64,000 nucleotides of DNA from a virus. Within the stretch, counting starts at the first letter, position 1; every line of letters starts with the position of its first letter. Of the stretch, positions 10,271 through 19,961 are shown in pieces. Position numbers and translations under genes: made by a program. The notes below the pieces were generated by a model, which did not search any database, was not told where the DNA came from, and saw only the letters and a program-made list of their open reading frames with translations. Where the stretch lies: positions 1 through 64,000 of IMG/VR virus record IMGVR_UViG_3300033149_006574; one strand, written 5' to 3'.

Positions 10271-12610
10271 TCATTTTGATTTTAATTTCTCCAGGGCCTC
10301 TGGATGCTTTTTATAATACGGTTCTTGATTTTTAGGCTTTGAGAAGACCCATATTCTCTTTCTTTTATCCTTTACTGGAACATATGTTAATATATATCTT
10401 CCATTTAAATATTTACCATGAAAGATGAATTCAAGAAAATGATGTCCATAAGGATAATATTCTACCTGGCTATGTTCTATATCATAAAGATAACCATAAG
10501 TATTAGCAGTTGCACCCACTTCTCCAGGATTTGCAATATATGGAAAATTATTGGGATTTAACCATCCGGGAGGAATTAATTTTTTTAACTCGCATAATGT
10601 TGGCAATCCCTCAAGAACTTTATATTTACTTTTTGGATCTGTATTCCCGGGAGTGTCTAAGGTAAATCCAATCGCAGCTTTCAATGGGGGCATCCAGACC
10701 CTTAGGTCAAGATGAGAAGAATTAGTCTTATCTATAAGTCCTTCAGATTTAATCTTTTGAAAGCTTTTAAAATTAGATGGCTTTCGCTTTTTAAGTACTT
10801 TTATTTCCTCTTCATTCAAACCCCTGATATGTTCCTGCAAAACGAATTTTGTTTTTTTACCTTTACCCAAGAACGTTCTATAGGGATTATCTTCTCCCAC
10901 CATAGCACCACCCTCTTCTCCGGTAAGTGCCTTTTGTAATAGCTCTTCGACAGAAATATCAAGGGTTGAAAAAGAATCAATGGAGTTCACCACTTCTGTA
11001 GAACCCCGTCCGCTTTTAGCAAGTTTTTCAACTTCTCTAATTGAATATGGTTCTTTTTTACCAGGTTCGGTTCCTCTAAATACGGGATTATCCCAGGTAA
11101 TTTTCTTTTTACCATCTTCTTCTTCCAATTTTATTTCTGCTACATAAACTTCAATAATATCACCCACTTTAATGGGTGTTTCTCTAACATTAATGTTATA
11201 TGTTCTGCCAATTTTAACATAATATTTCCCATTATATTCTTCTACATTTTGATACTTTTCTTTCTCCTCATTCTTTAGGGGGCCTATTAAGCCATCACAA
11301 TTTATAATATTTTTCTTTTTAGTTTGATTTATTTTCGAAACAAGAACATTTACAACCTTCCACATCTTGAGCTTTGTCCAAGCAGTAGTCGAGCCGGTCA
11401 AATTATAAACGCTATCTGCCAATTTGAACATTGCCCCTTCGCTATATTTTATATGTGAAACTTCATTAGAGGCCCTCTTAAGAGCCTGTACAGTATTGCA
11501 AATATAATATTTTGTCTGCTTTAGAGGGCCATTTCCTTTTATAATTTGTTTTAAATATTTTTTTCTTTCAAGAAGTGGCATTTGATTCAATGCCTTGCCA
11601 TCAAGGTAAAGAATATCAAAGAAATGAATAAAAACACCTGAATCACTACCAGGATCATTAGAAGTAGCCCACCTGACAAGGTCTTTTCGTGGAACTTGTT
11701 GGTCACCCTTTTTCTCCAGAAGCTCTCCGTCCAAGATAACTTGATTACAGGGAAGACTTTTAAGTGCTTTTACAATTGATGGCAAATATTTGGATCTATC
11801 CTTTTTAGCATCCTCAAAATAAATCAAAACTTTATCGCCATCTCGCTGGCATATTACTCTCAATCCATCGAATTTCTCTTCTACCACAACCCCTATTTTT
11901 AATTTTTCAGGTGTCAGCCACCATTTCATTAATTCATCTAATTCAAAAAATCTGGAGGCATATTCGGAAGGTTTTAATGGTTTGAATTTGGAAAATAATT
12001 TTAATTTTTTCTGAACCTCATCTATCATTTCTGTAACATAATGCCTTCTTAATTCGGGGTATTTAAATAAGCCAAGAGAAAATAATGGAATATAATCATC
12101 ATGTGGCCCTTGAGGATTCCAAATAAAATGCAAATTCTCTCTTATTTCTTTAGGAAACAAACGGGATATCCTAAGTTCCAGTGATTTATCCCTTCGCCAT
12201 TCCTCTGCCCTTATGCAAATATCAATGTCTTCAGGTGCATCCGATTTTACAGATGAACCAACAATACTTATAAAATCTGGAACATAAACAAGCGATCTCA
12301 AATTCTTAACCATTTCAAATAATTCCTTTTTCATCTTACCTTTTTCCTGTGCCTGGCTATGTTTATCCAGATTGTCCATAATACGATGTTTTAATCCTCT
12401 TTTTTTCATTTCCCTTACAACCAACACATGCCATCCTATAACATCCTCTTGAGTATATTTCTCTACATTTTTTCCCCACCATTGATGTAATCTACGATGT
12501 ATATTTAACAATTCTTCGTCAGATATATCAGACAATTTTTGAGGAGTAATTTCAGCAAAAGTCATTTTTATAAAATCTTCCAGCGGTACTTTATTTGTTG
12601 TTACTTTCAT
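10271..12610 (-). CDS. Multidomain protein: Pol-beta-type nucleotidyltransferase-like + ATP-dependent DNA ligase + LigD phosphoesterase-like domain
   Basis: IVGSS...EDIDI; ligase motifs EEKFDGLR, ILDGEL, FFDILY, EGAMFK, WTKLK plus OB-like region; C-terminal FVLQEH...HLDLR...FHGKYLNGRY. Confidence 0.85.
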   Translation of the reverse strand: MKVTTNKVPLEDFIKMTFAEITPQKLSDISDEELLNIHRRLHQWWGKNVEKYTQEDVIGWHVLVVREMKKRGLKHRIMDNLDKHSQAQEKGKMKKELFEMVKNLRSLVYVPDFISIVGSSVKSDAPEDIDICIRAEEWRRDKSLELRISRLFPKEIRENLHFIWNPQGPHDDYIPLFSLGLFKYPELRRHYVTEMIDEVQKKLKLFSKFKPLKPSEYASRFFELDELMKWWLTPEKLKIGVVVEEKFDGLRVICQRDGDKVLIYFEDAKKDRSKYLPSIVKALKSLPCNQVILDGELLEKKGDQQVPRKDLVRWATSNDPGSDSGVFIHFFDILYLDGKALNQMPLLERKKYLKQIIKGNGPLKQTKYYICNTVQALKRASNEVSHIKYSEGAMFKLADSVYNLTGSTTAWTKLKMWKVVNVLVSKINQTKKKNIINCDGLIGPLKNEEKEKYQNVEEYNGKYYVKIGRTYNINVRETPIKVGDIIEVYVAEIKLEEEDGKKKITWDNPVFRGTEPGKKEPYSIREVEKLAKSGRGSTEVVNSIDSFSTLDISVEELLQKALTGEEGGAMVGEDNPYRTFLGKGKKTKFVLQEHIRGLNEEEIKVLKKRKPSNFKSFQKIKSEGLIDKTNSSHLDLRVWMPPLKAAIGFTLDTPGNTDPKSKYKVLEGLPTLCELKKLIPPGWLNPNNFPYIANPGEVGATANTYGYLYDIEHSQVEYYPYGHHFLEFIFHGKYLNGRYILTYVPVKDKRKRIWVFSKPKNQEPYYKKHPEALEKLKSK

Positions 12611-13901
12611 GCGCTATTTCCTTGAGGCGTTTTGGTGAAAGAACGGCTTCTTCAGCCTTTGAATACGGAATCAAAAGAACATCTCCCCATTCCACTTCAC
12701 TCAAGCCTCTGTCAAGCCTGATCATATTTATGGTTTTAATAAGATTCTTAAGATCGTGTTCTTCAAGCTTAATTTGCTCTGATACATCAAGAGCACCAAG
12801 TGGATTGAATTTTATTTTTGCTTTTGCAGGTTTAAAATATACTTTCAAAAGTTTTCTGTCTATTCTGTTTTTAACGATTCTCTGATATCTTGAAATGACA
12901 AGGGTTCTAAAAAGCGAAATCTGTTGTGATGCATTTTCTTTCGTCCCACCCGAAAGGCCAAGAATAATTGGTTGCATTCTCCAGAGTGCAAAAATCTTTT
13001 CTCTTAAGCCTTCTGCATAAGTCGAAAATTCCATATCTTTATTGGAAAGAGAAACAGGAGTTACTTTAACATTCCCACTGGTAACAAGATTGGCATGTGG
13101 CTTCCCCTTTAATTGAGAATTAAGCAGATCGGTAATTCTTTCAAAATCCTCCTTACTAACATTGCCGACATCTATATGCAATCTTGGAGTAGCATTATTT
13201 TCAAAAAATGCGCCATTATATTGTTCAGCATAAATATCCGATGCTATTACTTTTTGCAATGTTTGAATTGGCGATTTACTATAAATTTCTTCCCCTACTG
13301 ATGGCATTCTGAAATAAATAATTTCATCAGGATCATATTCCTGAGTCACTCTTGCCACTTTTTGAACGAATTTAACAATAGAGCCATTTTTCACTTTAAT
13401 CTTTATTGTTTCAGGTGAAAGGGCATAAATCTTAAAAGGAAATTCAATATCCTGAACTTCTTTCTCAGGGTCTTCAACCTCCTTTACGAATTGAAGGTAT
13501 TTGTTTTTATTAAACGGAACGTACCAATAAGCTACATGATAGAGAGCAAGATTCAAAAATAATTCTTCCAGCAGGTCATCAAAAGTATCTTCTTCATTAG
13601 GCCTTTCCGTGAACTCTTGCAAAACCTCAAGCCAGCGATCATCAATTTTAGTTCCGATTTTGGAAGGAACAAAACGAAAGCCCGCAGCGGTTGCTCCGGA
13701 TGCAATTGCTTCAACCACTGCTCTGACCCAGACATCCTGGTTATAGCATTTCGTAACGGTGGTAAGATTAAATGGAAGTGCTTTCTCTTCAGAGTTTAAA
13801 AAGGAAAATCCTGCAATTGTAGGGACATAAGATTTTTTTATTTCAATTTGTTTTTTTAAATTTTTTGATCCTTTGGGCCGACCTCTTTTCTTTTTAATCA
13901 T
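12591..13901 (-). CDS. Portal protein (HK97 family)
   Basis: WVRAVVEAIA, RPN, EIIYFR, FFENNATP, KDMEF, TINMIR motifs; follows TerL. Confidence 0.92.
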   Translation of the reverse strand: MIKKKRGRPKGSKNLKKQIEIKKSYVPTIAGFSFLNSEEKALPFNLTTVTKCYNQDVWVRAVVEAIASGATAAGFRFVPSKIGTKIDDRWLEVLQEFTERPNEEDTFDDLLEELFLNLALYHVAYWYVPFNKNKYLQFVKEVEDPEKEVQDIEFPFKIYALSPETIKIKVKNGSIVKFVQKVARVTQEYDPDEIIYFRMPSVGEEIYSKSPIQTLQKVIASDIYAEQYNGAFFENNATPRLHIDVGNVSKEDFERITDLLNSQLKGKPHANLVTSGNVKVTPVSLSNKDMEFSTYAEGLREKIFALWRMQPIILGLSGGTKENASQQISLFRTLVISRYQRIVKNRIDRKLLKVYFKPAKAKIKFNPLGALDVSEQIKLEEHDLKNLIKTINMIRLDRGLSEVEWGDVLLIPYSKAEEAVLSPKRLKEIAHESNNK

Positions 13902-13905
13902 ATTT

Positions 13906-15339
13906 TCACACCTCTAACATTTCGAATTGAAAGATACCTCCCTGTTTCTCGAACTGGGGTAATATTTCAGCAACAATAGCACAGCGAAGCATATCCACAT
14001 GATGGTCCTCTTCGTTCGGATAAATTATGGTTCCGTCTTTTGCAGTTGCCCTGGTCGAATTGTGCAATTCATCCAGTAAAGAATAGTCTGAGGAGGGGAC
14101 TTTAATCATATTTTCAATCATTGCTTGCTCAAGTTTCAAAGAGGACCACACTTTGACCCTTTGTGTTATTTTTTTCCCATCTGATGTTTCGCCCAGCTTA
14201 ACATGCTTGCCGAAATTAACTGGAACGAAAGTAAATGGCCCCTCATAATTAATAAGGTCTAAGGCGACAGATTTTCCCGCACCACCCTCATCAATCGCTA
14301 CCCAGCATCCTGGAAAACGATTAATTAAAAATTTAAATAATTCCGTTTGTTGACTATAAATCACGCCATTAAGAATATATTTACCAAATAAATGCAATGC
14401 GCCTTTATCCGTTTTATTCCACAGTCCTATAACGGTGGGACTTGGTGAATAAGCAATATCAGCTGAGATTATTACAGGAGCGGTTTTTGAGATTGGTTCG
14501 GGAACCTCAAGATGTTCGAAATCAATTTTTTGGTCCGCCTGAAAATCCAGATTTACGATTTTGTAATCCTCATACTCAAAATTTGATATAAGATCCAGCG
14601 CTCTTGGTGCAAAGGCTAGATCTCTGAAAGTTTTTGACCATTCTGCAAGCACCTGTGTCCTGTACATAAAGCTCGAGCGACCACCATACATTCTTGCCAG
14701 AAAATCATCCTGCTGTTTGGTATAATCGGGTCGGTCAAATTTAGTAATAGTCTTCTCCTTAAAAAAAGTCTCCTCTTCCAGCGTCCTATAAAGATATGAT
14801 TTTCTCACATCATTTGGCACTCCAAGAACGCGAATTTTTGTATTCGTTTTAAGACAGCCCTGTAATTGTTCCAATGGCTTTGTGGTAAATATCTGTCCCT
14901 CATCTATCCATACGACGTCCGGGTGTAGACCGAAAAAAGTTTTGCCACCCGAAAATCCTGCAACTCTTGAATGTAAAACCGTTTTGTTTTTAAATTGTAT
15001 CAAATAATCGGGGGCTCTTAAAACCCTTTCAACCTGAGTCTTTAAAAAGCTATCGTTTTCAATCCTCAGGATTATTCTGTCCATTGTTGGAGAAAGATGA
15101 GCTTTGTTGGGAGTAGTAAAAAGAAGTTCCCTCTCTTTTTTCTCTGAGTTATCAAGGCATTCCCTTATAATATCAGCTTCCAGTGTTTTTGTTTTACCCA
15201 CGCCCCTTGCGGCGGAAACATGATAAAATTGAAATGCTTTATAACGAATTGATATCCTTTTTTGGTAGTCAAAAGGATCCATCTGATTCCAGAACCAGAA
15301 CCACGAAACAGGATTTTTCACAAGCCAGGCAAGTTTCAT
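13906..15339 (-). CDS. terL: Terminase large subunit
   Basis: Walker A ARGVGKT, Walker B WIDEGQ, RNase H-like acidic motifs ADIA, IDEGG, DHHVD. Confidence 0.88.
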   Translation of the reverse strand: MKLAWLVKNPVSWFWFWNQMDPFDYQKRISIRYKAFQFYHVSAARGVGKTKTLEADIIRECLDNSEKKERELLFTTPNKAHLSPTMDRIILRIENDSFLKTQVERVLRAPDYLIQFKNKTVLHSRVAGFSGGKTFFGLHPDVVWIDEGQIFTTKPLEQLQGCLKTNTKIRVLGVPNDVRKSYLYRTLEEETFFKEKTITKFDRPDYTKQQDDFLARMYGGRSSFMYRTQVLAEWSKTFRDLAFAPRALDLISNFEYEDYKIVNLDFQADQKIDFEHLEVPEPISKTAPVIISADIAYSPSPTVIGLWNKTDKGALHLFGKYILNGVIYSQQTELFKFLINRFPGCWVAIDEGGAGKSVALDLINYEGPFTFVPVNFGKHVKLGETSDGKKITQRVKVWSSLKLEQAMIENMIKVPSSDYSLLDELHNSTRATAKDGTIIYPNEEDHHVDMLRCAIVAEILPQFEKQGGIFQFEMLEV

Positions 15340-16055
15340 ATTTTAGGGATTGGGGTAGCGGTAAACCCCTGTAATTCGGGTAAATAATTTAACACTTCTA
15401 TCTCCTGCCCGCAATAAGGACATTTTAAAACATACATTTCTGGATGCAATCTGGACCATTTTTCATATTTTTGAAGCACATCGGCAATAGTATCTTCCAG
15501 CGTCATGGCCTGAGAGTCAGACTTTTGCTTTTCCTCAAGCCTCTGACTTCTCAAAAGAGATAAATCCTTTTGTAGCATCCTGAGCTCTTCCGTAATTTTT
15601 ATAAGTGATTGGTGCAAATAATATTTGTCTTTTGCCGAAGAAGTTGTGGTAAGTGAATAATCAATTCTTTTGGATTCAAGCTCAAGCATAAGCAATCTTG
15701 TCAAAAGCGCCAGATCCGCTGTTTCATAGATCGAGGTATCTTTTAAATATTCGTCTCTTCTTTTGACCCAGAACATTTTTTCCTGCTCATTTTTCAAAAA
15801 TACCACGGACTTATCTGGTGCAGTTTCAATAAAAATATCTTCTTGTTTTTTAGAATCCTTTTCCTTACTCTTTTGCTGAAAAGCTTTAAACTGTTTAAGT
15901 TTCGGGATCACGGACCTGCAGGTCGGACAGAGAGTGGGCAATTGTTTGCCGGGATAGTGAAGGACCCTGAACTTTCTCTTACACTGCTGGCATATCTGCA
16001 CCTTAATCTCGCCTGTGGCTTTTTTCTCAAATTTCTTAATCAAATCTTCAGTCAT
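15336..16055 (-). CDS. Probable terminase small subunit with Zn-ribbons
   Basis: Overlaps the TerL start (ATGA); helical core; CxxC motifs. Confidence 0.5.
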   Translation of the reverse strand: MTEDLIKKFEKKATGEIKVQICQQCKRKFRVLHYPGKQLPTLCPTCRSVIPKLKQFKAFQQKSKEKDSKKQEDIFIETAPDKSVVFLKNEQEKMFWVKRRDEYLKDTSIYETADLALLTRLLMLELESKRIDYSLTTTSSAKDKYYLHQSLIKITEELRMLQKDLSLLRSQRLEEKQKSDSQAMTLEDTIADVLQKYEKWSRLHPEMYVLKCPYCGQEIEVLNYLPELQGFTATPIPKI

Positions 16056-16067
16056 TTTCTCCCCTTT

Positions 16068-16259
16068 TTATGTAAGCTTGTTTGTGGACAGAACGCGGGT
16101 CTCGATATTTATAGCATCAAAATATTCTGAAGGTATAAGAACCCTTCTGCCAAAATGAATTGCGGGAATATTCCCTGCTTTAATATGCCTCTGTATCGTT
16201 CTAGAAGAACATTTTAAGATTCTCGCAGTCTCTCTGATTGTTAAAAATTTATCGTTCAT
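16068..16259 (-). CDS. Excisionase-like (HTH_17/MerR-type) DNA-binding protein
   Basis: FLTIRETARIL..S.RTI...I.AGNIPAIHFGRRVLIP. Confidence 0.85.
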   Translation of the reverse strand: MNDKFLTIRETARILKCSSRTIQRHIKAGNIPAIHFGRRVLIPSEYFDAINIETRVLSTNKLT

Positions 16260-16488
16260 TATCGAATCTGATAAGCGGAATCTTTTTTCTATCCTCCCAT
16301 TCCTGCGCCCCTATTCCAACAAATTCCCCATCGACAGAAAAAAATTCAAGGGATATGCCCATTTTCCTGGACATAATCATCTCAAGCACAGCTTTGCGCT
16401 TAAAAAATTCATCTTCTGCTTTTTGAAATCTCCTCCAGTATGGTTTTAACTTCCTGACCCAAACATCTTTTTTAAATTTTACTTGCAT
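16249..16488 (-). CDS. Hypothetical protein (first gene of late arm)
   Basis: ORF with GAGGGGG SD and an upstream TATAAT. Confidence 0.6.
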   Translation of the reverse strand: MQVKFKKDVWVRKLKPYWRRFQKAEDEFFKRKAVLEMIMSRKMGISLEFFSVDGEFVGIGAQEWEDRKKIPLIRFDNER

Positions 16489-17575
16489 CTTACCCCCTCA
16501 CTATTATATATGACATATGGCGACATAAAACGACAAAAAATGAAAAAATCGCACAAAAATTAAAAATTCAAAAAAATAAAAAAATTCTTTAAATTCTTTC
16601 TCATGATCATCCCAGTACCGGTACTAGATACTCAGGTATAATAATATAATATATATAAATATATGCTAATCAAATATTTAATACCGGTTTATGCTATATA
16701 TACCGGAGAGCAACTAAGTATCTATTTGAGCTAAGTTTATTCTAGATCTATTACAATTAAGCTATAAAGTTACATAAAGTCTATTCATGTTAATACCGGC
16801 TTTGCATAAATATAGCGACAAATATGATTTTATGTCACAGATGTTCCGGCACCTTTCTTAAAGAAAATGAATAAAAAAGAAAAAAATATTGTTAAAAAAA
16901 GAAAAAAATTTGCTTTCCTCTGCTTTCTAGCTGAAATTGCCAGTCCAGCCCTGCTATAGGAATGCCACCAGAACAATTCTTTGCCCTAAATTTTCGATTT
17001 TCTTGCCCCGAGCCTACCTGACCTATCTCCCAGGAGCATCTAAGCCCCAAAATCGCCAAATTTTTGCTCACAGAGATATGTCCTGCTCTAGAGAAAGAGA
17101 AAAAAAAGAAGAGGAACTAAATAGAAAAAATCCGGAAAGCACAATTTGAGGCCTCAGTGTTATAGCTAATTTCGCACCAGAGCAACGGAAAGGGGGATTT
17201 CAGGCGAGATTTTTAAAAACACGTGTAATTGTATCAGAATAGACAGTTCGTGGCTTAAATCGCAAAATTTGACTGTCAAGTCCCCCTCAGATTCCATTAC
17301 TAATGGGAAATCGAGAGCGAGTGGAATTTTTAAAAATGGTGGGGTCAAATGAGAGGCACTATCCCACAACCCCTTGCCACGCCTTGATTTTTTTACTTCC
17401 CCCCGCTTTTGAATTATCTTTATGGTTATTAGCATTCCAGTGGTTTGGTAAAGCGATACTTTACTTCACATAATAACACTTGTGTCAAGTAGTTGTTACC
17501 ACTTCACTTGTCATTAGCAAGATTGAAGTTTGAAGCGTAAGTAGTTGACTTTTCCACTCCATATATGGTATAACA
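16489..17575. promoter_or_regulatory. Divergent non-coding control region (candidate packaging/origin region)
   Basis: ~1.1 kb without a credible ORF; A-tracts, GACA 10-bp phased repeats, TACCGG repeats; the coding strand switches here. Confidence 0.6.
17545..17574 (+). promoter_or_regulatory. Sigma70-type early promoter
   Basis: TTGACT-18 nt-TATAAC with TG extended -10. Confidence 0.6.
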
Positions 17576-17773
17576 TTAGTAGAATTGAAAATGAGAGGAG
17601 ATTGAAAGAATGACAAACTTGCAAGGTTTTATAGTTATGGAAAATTTAACAAAACAACAAGCGAAAAGATTAGTAAGGATTCTTACACACGCAAACTTTG
17701 GAATTTCCAATAGAAACGAAAAATATTCAGTGTATGGATTAGTAGACAAAGAATACTTTGACATAGTGAAATA

Positions 17774-17983
17774 GTGAAAATGAATACTTGGGACAAGTTG
17801 CAAGTATATAGTAAGCCGCAAAAGAGATATTATCGCAAGCGGCGTAAATTATTTACGAAGACAAACGCTACAAGTTTATGCGATAGTTGCGGCAATTATC
17901 AATGCAAGTTTAAGAATAGACAGGTAACAATTTTAAGTTGCAACAATTATATACCTTGTTTCAAAGCAGTAAGTAAATTGTAA
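17774..17983 (+). CDS. Small Cys-rich hypothetical protein
   Basis: LCDSC..C...C motif. Confidence 0.55.
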   Translation: MKMNTWDKLQVYSKPQKRYYRKRRKLFTKTNATSLCDSCGNYQCKFKNRQVTILSCNNYIPCFKAVSKL

Positions 17984-18002
17984 GGAAGGGGGGTGAATTT
18001 AG

Positions 18003-18266
18003 ATGATTAAAGCCAAACAGATGGAAGTGACTCCATCTACAAGCGGGAAGATAAAGTATATATCGATCCCGACTCCACGATGGAGCAAGGTAAGTAAAGC
18101 ATTCACTCCGACTGGTAACGCTTCACCGACTGATGTTGCTGCTTCACTACTTGCCAACATCTTCTACGATAATCCGACACCAGAGCAATTCGCCGCATTC
18201 AAGGAAGAGATTAAGGCAGCCAGAAAAGCAGCAGCGGAAGAAGCAGAGGAAGAAGCAGAGGAGTAG
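18003..18266 (+). CDS. Early protein with acidic tail
   Basis: Strong SD GGGGGGTGA; followed by a terminator. Confidence 0.7.
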   Translation: MIKAKQMEVTPSTSGKIKYISIPTPRWSKVSKAFTPTGNASPTDVAASLLANIFYDNPTPEQFAAFKEEIKAARKAAAEEAEEEAEE

Positions 18267-18277
18267 AGCCCGTAAAT

Positions 18278-18332
18278 TGCGGAGTGTGTGGCAGTTTGTT
18301 AGATTGCTTTCACACTCCGCAGTATTTTTTTT
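18278..18332 (+). terminator. Rho-independent terminator
   Basis: TGCGGAGTGTG...CACACTCCGCA followed by T8. Confidence 0.75.
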
Positions 18333-18571
18333 GTTCAAAAATTTTTTTTGGTCTCATAAAATTATATTTATAAATTGAATAGAATCATATTCGCAAATTA
18401 AAAATATTTCCGGGAGGAATTATCCGATAGAATATCCTGATGAATATCAGGAAAATAGGGTTAAACTGTGCGATATTTGCGCAAGGCGTAAATACTGCAC
18501 ACGAAGGCATAATGTATACAACATTTATCAGTGTAAAGCGTGGTCTCCAAGAATTACAATAACAAGAGCAA

Positions 18572-19045
18572 TTGCAGCGGGGGAAAAATAAAATGATTTC
18601 AGGAATTAAGAAAATAAATATATATGGTGACGGAATATTAAAGATAGATAATAGAACCTCTGATAATAATATCAGGCAGTTATTAGAAAACATTTATCAG
18701 AGGATTATCTCCGTTGTGCCAATGACAGCACAGCGGAAAGAAGATTTAGACAATTTATTAATTATATTGAAAGATGGGCATTGTTCCAAAAGATTCTATG
18801 GTCAATGCTTCTATAGCGAGAAGAAAATTACATTATATTATAATGATTCTGCACAAATACAGAGAACATTTGCGCATGAATTATGTCACTATTTGTTCCA
18901 AGATGCAAGAAGAAGAACGGGCCTGAATTTTTCTATATATTCTAACAGTCGCAAAGTTAGAGAATATCTAGCAAACACGTTCGCCAAATATATAATAGAA
19001 AATGCACAGGACAAATTGAAAGCATTTTGTGCATTATACAAATAA
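18572..19045 (+). CDS. ImmA/IrrE-like zinc metallopeptidase
   Basis: RTFAHELCH (HExxH) and E..ANTFA. Confidence 0.7.
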   Translation: MQRGKNKMISGIKKINIYGDGILKIDNRTSDNNIRQLLENIYQRIISVVPMTAQRKEDLDNLLIILKDGHCSKRFYGQCFYSEKKITLYYNDSAQIQRTFAHELCHYLFQDARRRTGLNFSIYSNSRKVREYLANTFAKYIIENAQDKLKAFCALYK

Positions 19046-19088
19046 TAAAAAAACAATATAAAAAAAGGGAAAATTTTTTCGGGCATTT

Positions 19089-19346
19089 TTGGCTGAAAAG
19101 TTATCAGCATTTTTGAAGGATTCCGGGGGGGAAGGAGGTGATAAAATAATGTTGGTAGCGCATTATCGGACAAAAAAGGATTTAAAAAATAGCATCGGGA
19201 AAGAATTAAGATTCAGCGAAACATCAATGTTTGGACCAGAATATGGTCCAAATAAAACACTAACAGTTGTTGGACCGGATGCATATCAGCGTAAATGGTT
19301 TGCAATGGTCCAGATGAAGGATGGAATAATAAAATCTGTAAAATAA
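19089..19346 (+). CDS. Small conserved phage hypothetical protein (true start probably MLVAHY)
   Basis: Y.TKKDLK..IG..L.FSETSMFGPEY...VVGP...RKWFA; SD AGGAGGTGA. Confidence 0.7.
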   Translation: MAEKLSAFLKDSGGEGGDKIMLVAHYRTKKDLKNSIGKELRFSETSMFGPEYGPNKTLTVVGPDAYQRKWFAMVQMKDGIIKSVK

Positions 19347-19354
19347 ATTTTTGA

Positions 19355-19544
19355 GCTGGCGGGCAGGCGGGCGAAGCCGGTTCTTCCGCACCGGAACAGT
19401 TTCCGGAATAATCTCGAGATGGCACGGGATTAGCGGATAGCATTCAGGTGATCAAGCCATCTAAGCCGGATGCGACAAGAATGAGGCACTGGATGTAAAA
19501 TTTCATCCACTGTACCAGAGCGGGTTCGAATCCCGTCGTCAGCA
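19355..19544 (+). ncRNA. tRNA-like structured RNA (~190 nt)
   Basis: Acceptor-like stem GCTGGCG/CGTCAGC, canonical T-arm GCGGG-TTCGAAT-CCCGT, internal hairpins; GC-rich intergenic island. Confidence 0.65.
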
Positions 19545-19961
19545 TCCTTTTTGGGGAGAAAAAAATGAAAAAGCCAAATAGATTACCGGTAGTGAATATC
19601 AAATTTTTTCTGGACAAAAGGTTAAAAGAACTGAGAATGGTTAATAATCCGCATATACGAATTCATTTAGATGAACAGGAAGGAGAGGAAAAATGTTATT
19701 TACAATCTTAGAAAAACTGGCGATAATTTTTGGGCTAATATTCATTGCCTGGGTCACAAAATTTTTGAGATAAGGAAAATTATATGATTTGGATATTATT
19801 TGTTGCAGTGATTGTTATAGGCATTGGGTTAACAATTGAAGATATTTACAGAATAAGGAAGAAAATAAAGAAAAAGAACAATGACAAAAAAAAGAATTTA
19901 GAATGTAGAAAATATCCGGATTCACAAAACTGAGCAAATATCTATAAAAAAGGAGGGTAAG

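Noticed and set aside
19355-19544. Canonical tRNA or tmRNA call
   Set aside because: No recognisable D-arm/anticodon arm at tRNA spacing, no GGGG...CCACCA ends and no evident tag ORF; kept only as tRNA-like.
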